Assembly: GCA_951406725.2 (NCBI GenBank)
Contig: OX597822.1
Location: forward strand, 22,940,001 to 23,004,000
Length of the DNA stretch: 64,000 nt
Direction of reading: 5' to 3'
Source of the DNA: Octopus vulgaris
Lineage: Eukaryota
In this document: positions 35,101 through 45,911 of the stretch, in pieces
Layout: the number at the start of each line of letters is the position of its first letter
How positions within the stretch are numbered: position 1 is the first letter of the stretch
The notes under the pieces: model-generated
What the model was told of the DNA's origin: nothing
What the model saw: only the letters and a program-made list of their open reading frames with translations
Database searches by the model: none
Program-made: the position numbers and the translations under genes

Positions 35101-37232
35101 GATAAATTGTTGCTAATAACAAAGATTTAAGCTTCTTTTAAAAGGATTTTTAAAAGGATAAGTTAACCTAGGTAGAATTTGAATACAGAACATAGAGACA
35201 GATGAAATACTTCTAAGCATCTTTGCCCAGCATCCCAACACTTCCCCCAGATCACTGCCTTAATGCTGCATGATATTTTATTAGCTGAAAAATATATGAA
35301 GAACTTCCATATTCTTTTCTACTCTAGGCACAAGGCCTGGAATTTTTTTTTTTGGGGGGTGCGGTCCATTAGATTGACCCCAGTATGCAACTGGTATTTA
35401 ATTAATCAACCCTGAAAGGATGAAAGGCAAAGTCAACCTCGGTGGAATTTGAACTCAGAATGTAAAGATAGAGGAAATACCTATTTCTTTACTACCCACA
35501 GGGGTTAAACACAAAGGACAGACAGACGGATTAAGTCGATTATATAGACCCCTTTGCATAACTGGTACTTATTTAATCGACCCCAAAAGGATGAAAGGCA
35601 AAGTTGACTTCAGTGGAATTTGAACTCAGAACGTAAAGACAGACGAAATATTGCTAAGCATTTTGCCTGGCATGCTAACGTTTCTGCTAGTTCGCTGTCT
35701 TGGAGGACTTCTATATTGCGAAAGCTTTGTGCCTGGTCCTTGTCTTATTTTAACCGTCTTGATATGATTCATCAGAAAGCCAACTTAGATTACATGGCAG
35801 GGAGCTAATTTGCAGCATATCATAATCTTTAGTTCCCTTGCATTATTCCAATGAAGCTCTACCATTAATGAATTTAAAATGATTACATGTGCGCTGCATG
35901 CATGGAGATTGCAAGATGAAAGGATGTTTCAGAGCTGCAGTAGCTAACATGCAAATTACATCAGATCAAAATGGGTACAGAAAAGAAATGTTATTTTCAA
36001 CTTGTTTGGCGGGAGAAATGTTTGTGGTGGTGTTTAACTTAACCATTTAGCATTCAGATTATTCTGTCAAATGCAATGCTTATTTATTCCCATTGTTCTA
36101 AATTACCCATGCATTATCTCATAGCTTTGAAATTTTGATGATGTGGTTGTATACTTTTAGTATGACAATGTAGGGTAGGTGTGAGAGGCCAGATCTTGGG
36201 TAGAATATTTGGGTTGGATATAACTGGTTTAAATGCTAAAAGGTTAACTCATGTCCCATATTAACAAATAAAGAATATTAAAAAAATGATAAAATAAAAA
36301 CAAAGTCAACTCGCACTTCATTTTGATTAAAGTATCATATTACATTAGAAAGATGGCAAAGCTTTACTTTAGAAATAGTCTATATACAACTGTTTGTAAT
36401 TTAAGTAAATGGTCGGCAATTTCAAGGCAAGGTGCATTTAGTCCACTACATCAACTCCAGTACTTGAGCTGTACTTTATTTTATTGATAAAGGATGAAAA
36501 GTGAAGGTGACTCTGGTCGGATTTGAACTCAGGATGTGAAGTAAGAAGTACTGCTAGATATTTTTGTCTGACACTGTACAATTTTGCCAATCTACTGCCA
36601 TACTTTCTGCCACAAGGTCCAATCCTTATTGCAGTATAGTGGCTTGAGTATCTCAATAAACTCTGAGAGCTATGCCAGTACGGCCTACCACACCGGACAG
36701 GTCAAAGAATAGAGGACAGACTAATATGGACTGCTTCTTCCCAGATGTAAAAATGGGTTTGTGTAGGACCAACCTTGAAAAAATCAAAGTTACAAAAGCA
36801 TTCGTGACAGTTCAAAATCAACAAGAACAGTCGTAAAATGTCACTGATAGCCTATGTTCCATAGTAAGTGAGACTTACTATGTGTACAGGTGTACAGGCA
36901 AAAAGTGTTTAACTTAAAAAGAAAAAAAAAGACGTTAATCTCTGCCATAGCATTGAGGTTGAGGTCTGTCTTCTCACTGACAATCAACAACACTAAACAT
37001 ATATATTGTAAAGTAACACTATAGAAAGTAATGTTATGAATAATTATTGTACTGATAGTAAATAAAAAAAAAAAAAAAAGAAATGACAGATATGCAAAAA
37101 AAAAAATGGTCTGCTAGAACAATGGTCTTAAAGTTTTCTGACACAGACTATATAACAAAAATTTTAAGCCCAATGTCTTCTATTTGTACATATGGATTTC
37201 CCCCTATTTTGACTATTTTGAACAAAAACATG

Positions 37233-37239
37233 CAACTAT

Positions 37240-37280
<41 letters not shown>

Positions 37281-37381
37281 TATATATATATAAATATATA
37301 CACATATATATACATATATATATATACACACATATATATACATAGACATACACACACACACATATACATACACACACACAC

Positions 37382-37455
<74 letters not shown>
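37233..37455. repeat. Compound (TA)n/(CA)n microsatellite; similar blocks at 38510-38780, 49335-49585, 56150-56295, 61706-61762
   Basis: Direct inspection. These are the source of the IYIYIY/HTHT ORFs. Confidence 0.97.
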
Positions 37456-37457
<2 letters not shown>

Positions 37458-38135
37458 AAATGACTAGAGACCGAGACCTCTGGAAGTGTGCTGTGCGCGA
37501 GAAGACCCGGCAGGACAAGTGAGTCCATAACCCGTGGCCTTCTACATGGGATGGAGCCGGCCTACGTATGCATACCTTCCCTTCTTGGGACACAAAACTC
37601 TACTTGTGAAGACGTGTTGAGGCAAGTGAGGATCAGAATCGAAATCGATCAATGGAAATTGCGGATGTGCTACCAGTGCCGGTGGCATGTCAAAACTCTG
37701 CTTGTGAAGACCCGTTGAGGCAAGTGAGGATCAGAATCGATATCGATCAATGGAAATCGATCAATGGAAATTGCAGATGTGTTACCAGTGCCGGTGGCAT
37801 GTAAGAGAACTTTCCGTTTCGCGACCGTTGCCAGCACCGCCCCGTCTCGTGTCCGTTGCCAACCTCGCCTGGCCCTCGTGCCGGTGGCACATAAAAAGCA
37901 CCATCCGTTCGTGGCCGTTTGCCAGCTCTGTCTGGCACCAGTGCGGGTGGCACGTAAAAAGCACCCACTACACTCACGGAGTGGTTGGCGTTAGGAAGGG
38001 CATCCAGCCGTAGAAACACTGCCAGATTTGACTGGGCCTGATGAAGCCTTCTGGCTTCACAGACCCCAGTAGAACCGTCCAACCCATGCTAGCATGGAAA
38101 ACGGACGCTAAACGATGATGATGATGATGATGATG
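37456..38135 (+). mobile_element. Relatively young 5'-truncated RTE copy (ORF end [21 protein letters not shown] plus 3' UTR and (GAT)n)
   Basis: Homologous to 4685-5217, retains CpGs, has an internal ~100-bp duplication and a long clean (GAT)n tail. Confidence 0.88.
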
Positions 38136-38517
38136 ATATATATGCACACACACACACACACACATACATATATGCTAATAGTTGTATATTTTTGTTCAAA
38201 AGAGGAGGAAAATTACAATTTGAGGTAAAATATTCACAGCATTAACGAATTAATGCAGAGCAGATATATTTTCAAGAAAAGAAAAAAAAGAGAACAAAAG
38301 AAGTCACAATGAGTTTTACAAATCTAATCTTAATCCCTTTTGTAGGATGCAAAAGAGGACAAGATTAGTTTTGTGAAAGTCATTGTCTTTGCTTGAATAT
38401 ATATATATATATATACATACATACACACGCACACACAGTCTTATAATAAGGAAACATACGCTGGTAATTATTATATATGTGTATTAGAAACTATATATGT
38501 TCCATTAGTAGAAGACA

Positions 38518-38554
<37 letters not shown>

Positions 38555-38568
38555 CATACATTATAAAC

Positions 38569-38613
<45 letters not shown>

Positions 38614-38620
38614 CATTATA

Positions 38621-38662
<42 letters not shown>

Positions 38663-39000
38663 CATTATAAACATATATATATATATACATATACACATAC
38701 ATATAAACATATGTAGATATATATAAAAACATATATAGATATACACACATATCCATACATATATATATATTCCTACATACACAAATAATGGTTATTACAT
38801 AAGGCTGCAAGTAACAAACAACTAAAACAAACAAACGAAAGTAGGGAATCAAAAGGTTACAGAGGTGCCAACGTCAGGTACGGTGAATCATTCTTTCTAT
38901 TCTTTGCCTTTTTTTTTTTTTGTGGAGAAATATCAGTTGACAAATTGACATTGCTGAGTGACGGATGATACAGAAACTTTCCTGAAATAGTAAAACACAC

Positions 39001-39129
39001 CTGCCGTGGATGCAGGCCGCTTATTTACCACCTCGGCCTTGTAGGCACTGACCATATCGCTGTTGTTACGAGGAATGGTGAAGTATTTGTCGCAGTCACA
39101 GCTGCCCTCCGTGGGCGTTAGATCAAGGT
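39001..39129 (-). CDS. MTSS1: MTSS1-family internal exon, 129 nt, phase 1-1
   Basis: ttacag acceptor and CAG|gtgtgt donor. Encodes (D)LDLTPTEGSCDCDKYFTIPRNNSDMVSAYKAEVVNKRPASTA(G), compare MTSS1 DKSSTIPRNSDISQSYRRMFQAKRPASTAG. Confidence 0.93.
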
Positions 39130-40775
39130 CTGTAAACAAACAGGAATTGAACAAAAATCAGGCTAAACTATAAGAGCATGCAGCCACAGTGAAAAAACAG
39201 AACAGTAGTAGTAGTAGTAGTAGCAAGGAATTTAGTAATCACAATGCAAATTGTTCAGACTGCAATCATGAGTATTTACTAGTACTTAAAAAATAACAAA
39301 AATAAACATTTCCCGACCAAAAAAGAAAAAAAAAACACCCAAAACAAATGGAATTATAGTAGTGGTGATAAAGATAAAAAAACATCAAGCAATTAAATTA
39401 CATTGTGCCAGAACCATTATATACCTATCTAAAGATAATTATATAGCTATCTAAATTAGATGTTTTATACAGCTATCTAAATTAGATAATTTATATAGCT
39501 ATAATATATATATATATTATATATATATAATTTATATAGCTAATATATAGCTATAATTTATATATATAACTTATATATATATAAATATATATTCATTTAT
39601 ATATAGCTATAATTAAATAATTATATAGCTATCTAAAGAAATTATCTAAAGGCAATTTTGCTGTCTTCATGTGTATGAAGACAGCAAAATTTCCATTTTC
39701 CATCAAAATTTTCAAAGTACAACTGCAAACCTTGTCATTCACATAGTTTCACTGCATTAGTGACCCATTTTCCAGTTGTGTGATGGAAATATAATGTGTC
39801 TTTAGATGGTTATAATGGTTTTCCTGTGATGTTATTTTTATTGCTTCAGTTTCAACATACAGTTTTAGATCATGGTACAACTTATTGAGTAATCATTTTA
39901 ATGGAATCATGGGGAGATAATAGTAACATTCAATGGATTTAGTAACCTTAAGCTATGCACCAGAATCAATTTAATAATATACTAATGATATGAATAAAAG
40001 AAAACACTAAAACCCCAATTAGTAAAAGTGGTTTATCAAAAATAACAAAAGGAAGAGAATAGAGGGCGTATATATGTCAAGACGTATAAAATAACTAGAC
40101 CTGCTCTGAATTATCTCCCTTAGACTCTGTATGCTGACACATACTCGCACATAGAAAGATACACACACACACACAGAGGTGACAGTATTGGAAAATGTAT
40201 GTTCCTGGGGCAGATGTGATTGTAGTTGTAGTAGTACCGAGGAGAAACAATCCAAAGAATTTTAGGATTTAATCCAATAAAAAAAAAACATGAAAATAAA
40301 GAACCTAAAACTATGTAGATGTGAAGAATTAGAGAACTTTGGAATTTTTCAATGAGATAATAAACAAATGTTTTTTTACATGCAAGACGTATATCAGGTA
40401 CAAGTTATGTATAGTGGGAGATCTAGAGAGATAACGAGATCTCAACACATAACTACTGGCCTACTATGAGCAAGTTTTCCTGAGTTTGAGCTATCAGACT
40501 GATATTTTGATTTGCTTTCAATGTTTTATTATTTAGAAAGGTGTTGGGCTGGCAGACTTGTTTGCACACCAGGCAAAATGTTTAGTGGCATTTCATTGCC
40601 TTTCATCTTTCAGGGTTGATAAAATAGGTACCAGTTGAGCAGTGGGGTAGATCTAATTGGTCTACACCTCTCCTGAAATTGCTGGCTTTGTGCCAAAATT
40701 TGAAAGCAATATTTTATTATTAGTAACAGTCATTGTGCCGTGTGGACTTAAGTTCATCCAGCTTAAGTCTCTCAT

Positions 40776-41780
40776 CCATGTGGTGTCAAAAACTTCCCAG
40801 ACTAGTTCTGTAGTGTGCCAACTGAGGGAAGTACATGGTTGCGTGTGCAGTGGGAGCTAGCAGTGACCTTCTTGAGGCAGTGTGCTGAATGATATTACTG
40901 TGTTTATTTCACAAGTTGTGAAATTTGTGTTTTTGTGATCACATGTATGCTGTCGTCTGTGATTTTGTCATGGACAGGTAATTGGAAGAAAGAGTCAACA
41001 TGAAATTTTGTGTTAAGTAAAAATTTTGTTGAGTAAGAAAACATCAAACAAAATATTTCATTTCATATTATAATTTATGCAAAATATGTTCATCTTCAGG
41101 ATTTTATGCTTGAATTTACTGCTGTTCATTACTTTTTTCAGTCACTTCAACAAGCTTACGGCAATGAGGCAATGGGTCGTATGCAACATTTTGAATGGCA
41201 TATGTGGTTCAAAAGCAGAAGAATGTCCCTGGAAGATGATGAGCGACCTGGAAGACCTGCCACAAGCATCACCCCTGGAAATGTGGTATTGTGCATTGAG
41301 AATTTGTCTCCTAGGGTCAGACCATCAATCGAGAGGTCTGCTATGATGTTTTGAAGCATTTGGGGGAGGATATTCAGCAGAAGTGGCTGAATCTATGGAG
41401 TGTGGAGAATTGGATACTTCATGATGGCAATGCACCCTGTCACTAAGCTCTCTTCACTTATGAGTTTCTTGCCAAAAACAATATCGTATTGCTTCCACAC
41501 TCACCCTATTCACCAGATTTAGCATCACTTTCCCAAGATGAAAATGCTGCTCAAAGGTTGCCATTTTGACATTGTTGAGATCTAGAGCAAATCGCAGAAG
41601 GTCCCTGACTGTTTTATGGAAAACAACTTTGAGGTCAGATTCCAAAAATGGCAGGAATGCCGAGACTGATGTATTGCTGTCCAAGGTGACTATTTTGAAG
41701 GAGATGATGTTAAAATTTAGGTAAATAAGTTATTTTTTTATCAAACAAATAGTCCTGGAACTTTTTGATACCACTTTGTA
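40776..41780 (+). mobile_element. Internally deleted, decayed mariner element
   Basis: TIRs gtggtgtcaaaaacttcccagacta / tagtcctggaactttttgataccactttgta. Frames read MKFCVK..LQQAYGNEAMGRMQHFEWHMWFKSRRMSLEDDERPGRP, WILHDGNAPCH, HSPYSPDLA and QGDYFEGD. Confidence 0.9.
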
Positions 41781-43317
41781 TGATTGCATTTCATGTAGGG
41801 TCATTTTTAAAAATACATTTAACAATTTAAAAAAAAAATGTGTCATATTGGTAAATACCATATAAAGTGTCAGAATATGCAAATCCATCGCCTTCATACA
41901 TAGCGGAGGGGGAGAGCTATCACCTTGCTAATCTTTGTAAGCTACTGTCAGATATCATGTGATCAACCAGACTATTAGTGATTGTTATACATCACTGATC
42001 ACAATGTGCTTTGCATTGTTTTTAGCCATCAAATGATCTCACCCCACTGGCAAGGTAAGCAGGCTAACAATTCCCCTGTTCAAAGTTTACTGAAACAAAT
42101 GCAGTACATTTCAACAGTAATGTAACAAAAAGTGTTTAAAATAGTTCATAAAAAGTAATTTGGATTCACCATAATGACTAAATCCATTATTTTCTCAAAG
42201 ATCCTAAAACTCCCTTTCTAGGAGATTCCAAAACCAAAATTTCCAAGATGAATATAAACACTTGAAAATATAGTTCCACAGAATCCGTTAAAATTTTTTT
42301 TAGAAATTCTTATCAAAAATAGCTCCTTGTTTTTTCTGTGTCCCTTTCTGTAGAAGAGTGTAGGCTCGAAGCAAAAAGACTTTTTCTATTCCTGAGCGTT
42401 ATACTAATACATCTGTTTGTTTTGTACACCACCTGTCTTCATCTTTTGTTTTTTTTTTTGTAAACTCTCCCTATATATGAGTATATATATAAAAAGATAA
42501 AATGGAATCCAAGGAAAGTAGACACTTTCTCTCAATTTATATATGTAAAGATAACATTTTTTTTTTTTATTTAAATTCTTGGATGAGTCATGGAAAATTT
42601 TCAATTGGAAAAGAAGACATCTTGAACAAGAGAAATAATTAATTATGTAAACAGAAAGATTGATAATTAAAATCTGCAACATACACATTCACACATTCAG
42701 ATGTTTGTCTTGTGCGCCATCTAAAGTTAAGTTCTTACATCATACAACTGAGTACGCAAGCAGATAAAGTACACATTTAATAATAGTGCATTTAAACGTT
42801 TTTTTTGGTACTCTAATAAATAACAAGCACACGCAGCGATACGGTACTATACCAAGCACATGTATCATCAATATGGTACTAAATAAAACACAGCTATACC
42901 ATTTTCTGTTGGACAGCACAAGTATATTGAAAAAAAAACAAAAAGAAAATGAACTGAAGTGTCATCCAGCAGTGCTTTTCATTTCATTAATTAATAAGTA
43001 ATTAGAGACTAAGAAGACATCAAGGGACTACAATTTGGAACAGACAAAAACTACACATAACGATGCACAGACAGACTTATAAAATGACTAATAATAATTC
43101 TGCAAGTCAAGCTCTTATACCATTCTAGAAAGTAAAAATATATATGTATGCATGAGGGGGTGCTGAAAAGTTCCTGGCTTTGGATAAAAGAAAATAAAGG
43201 AGGATCCGTTAATTATGATTTTATTCAACATATTCTCCTCTCAGATCTGCACACTTATTACAGCAATCCTTCAGTTTTTCTAAGCCCTGTGAAAGAACTT
43301 GGAAGGTTGGGCCTCCT

Positions 43318-43348
<31 letters not shown>

Positions 43349-44194
43349 ATGGAAGTATTACAATTGAAATGGATGTGCTAGGTGCATGATAAATCACTGT
43401 ATTGGTTGTGAATCCTGGTTGTATCCATGTTAAATTCCCTCTGCTACAGGACCTGGTAGAGGAGCATGCTACCAGAATTGGGGCCTATTGTGTAATATAA
43501 AGAGCAAATCTAATATGAAAGAATGTATGAAATTGGTAATTTCTTTTACTTCATATTGGCTTAATGCTGTTATGGATCACACTGTTGAGATGAGGGAATT
43601 TCTAATGATTATATTTAATTATTCCATTTATATTTCATAACAATAAGAATTAAACCCAAGTTAGAATTTCTCTTTCTTTCAATACATTTGCTCTAAGCCA
43701 TGACGAAAGTGGTCAGGGTATTGAACTCACAATTGTAAGATTGCAGTTTCGATTCCTGGATTGGGCAATGCATTGTATTCTTGAGCAAAACACTTCACTT
43801 CACATTGCTCCAGTCCATTCAGCTGGCAAAAATGGGTCAAGCCTGGAGAGGGATGGGCTCCGCCAGGCTTTCTCACCCTAGATACGCTGCATGGCTGCAG
43901 TGCCCTAATGACCCCCAATGAGTTATAGGACTCGTCAATTGTCTTGTCAATGATCAAAGAAAAGAAGCATGCCTAGAAGTCTAACCAAGTCACATAAGAC
44001 AACTTCAATTTTCATGTCAGCATTCTGTTAAGTAAAATTTTTGTTGAGTAAGAAAACATCAAACAAAATATTTCATTTCATATTATAATTTATGTAAATT
44101 ATATTATAATTTATGCAAAATATGTTCATCTTCAGGATTTTATATTTGAATTTACTTAAACTGCTATTCATTAAAATGAAATTAAAATTTCTTC

Positions 44195-44900
44195 CTTTAC
44201 TTGTTTCAGTCACTGGACTGAATCCAAGTTGGGACACCACTGTGGAGGGTTTTACTCAAAGAAATCAACCCCAGTATTAACTTTTAAGTCTGGTTCTCAG
44301 TCTCTTGTGCCTAACCACTAAGTTGTGGGATGTAAACAAACCAACACCGGTTGTCAAGTGGTGGCAGTGGTCATATACAAAGACACACATACATAAAACA
44401 GGCTTCCACAGAATTTTCTGTCTGCCATACTCACTCACAAGGCTCAATTGCCCAGGACTATAGTGAAAGACACTTGCTGTAGATGCTTTGCTGCAGTCCG
44501 AAATGTGGTCCTTTGCTATTTGTAAGGCCAGCAGAAGAGAAAGCAGGTCAACTCCCGACACCGAGAGCATCGACGGATGGATGAATGCACATCCAGGCTC
44601 AGCGGTTGCGTAGGAAGTCGGGGACAAGAAACAGGAAGGAAGAGTGAGAGAAAGTTGGGGCGAAAGAGTACAACAGGGGTCGCCAACACCCCCTGCCAGA
44701 GCCTTGTGGAGCTTTAGGTATTTTCGCTCAATAAACATACACAACGCCCAGTTTGGGATTCGAAACCGCGATCCTCCAACCGCAAGTCCACTGCCCAAAC
44801 CACTGGGCCATTGCGCCTCCACTGCTGTAGATGCTGCAGTGTTGGAGAGAACCAGAAATTAGGTGAATGTAAGGCAAGCTTCTTAACCACACAGCCGTGC
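44195..44900 (-). mobile_element. SINE family C host interrupted by SINE family D
   Basis: Family C sequence stops at ...gacacttgctgtagatgct and resumes after 44835. Confidence 0.8.
44488..44822 (-). mobile_element. tRNA-derived SINE family D with 13-bp TSD
   Basis: Minus-strand head GGAGGCGCAATGGCCCAGTGG...GGTTTCGAATCCC (A and B boxes). TSD tgctgtagatgct at 44475-44487 and 44823-44835. Confidence 0.88.
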
Positions 44901-45677
44901 CTGTGCCTCTAAGCCATGCTTCAACTTATTCATCTTATTTAATTGCTCAAATTTTCTACAATGTTTTAAGAAACTTTATCCCCAAAACGAGAATCATAAC
45001 CAAGGGAAGACATGCGTGATTGTGTACATATATCAACATATATTTAGTAAAAAGGTAAAAAAAAAAAAGCTTGAATGTAGGTACACAGTCTTGATGGGAA
45101 TAACCATCAGAGCATGCCTTTACTTTAATGCTTGTGCTAATAAATAAAAGTAAAATCTAGTAAAAGATGCAATGGAACCAGAATTCTATGACATAACAAA
45201 GGAAGGCATCATAATACCTATAATCCAAGACCATATTTTCAAACAAACTAAAGTCAAATGAAACTAAAGTTATTCAAACAGACAAGTTGAAAATTTAATT
45301 GTAGTGTGGGAGAAACCATCATCATTATCATCATCGTCGTCATTATTTTAATGTTCACTTTTCCATGCTAGCATGATTGGTGTTTGGCATGCTGGAGGCA
45401 CCCCCTCAGCTTTTATTAAAGCAGGTCTCCAGAAGAAGGTCACTCTGATATAAAATCAGATATGCAGTGAATGGCATTGAACATTTCTGCAATCTTTTGC
45501 TTGATATCATGGTGTTCCTACATTCCTGAACCTGCAACCCCTGTAGGCACTGGATAGCTTGCTCTGGCTTGTCCCTGGATCATGGTCAGTAGAGTGAAAA
45601 GAGCCTGTGAAGTGCTGTGCAAGCCTTATTGGACCTAAAATTTTAGGTTGTGTAGTCACTGATGAAGTAACAATACC

Positions 45678-45911
45678 TATTTCTTTACTACCCACAAGGG
45701 GCTAAACACAGAGGGGACAGACAAGGACAGACAAACGGATTAAGTCGCTTACATCCCCCCCCCAGTGCATAACTGGTACTTAATTTATCGCCCCTGAAAG
45801 GATGAAAGGCAAAGTCGACCTCGGCGGAATTTGAACTCAGAACGTAACGGCAGCCGAAATACTGCTAAGCATTCCCGCTGGCGTGCTAATGATTCTGCCA
45901 GCTTGCCGCCT
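45678..45911 (-). mobile_element. SINE family B left-monomer copy with 15-bp TSD
   Basis: tgaagtaacaatacc at 45663-45677 and 45912-45926. Confidence 0.88.

Noticed and set aside
37083-37593. ORFs rich in IY/HT/VC dipeptides (also 11387-11829, 38561-38852, 49137-49615)
   Set aside because: They are translations of (TA)n/(CA)n microsatellites, not genes.
38933-39000. In-frame extension of the 39129 exon to a stop (VFYYFRKVSV...)
   Set aside because: A canonical donor at 39000 restores the conserved RPASTAG-LP junction, so the extension is most likely intronic.
44740-44822. tRNA-like sequence
   Set aside because: It has A/B boxes but no proper acceptor stem, and it continues into a TSD-bounded SINE body.
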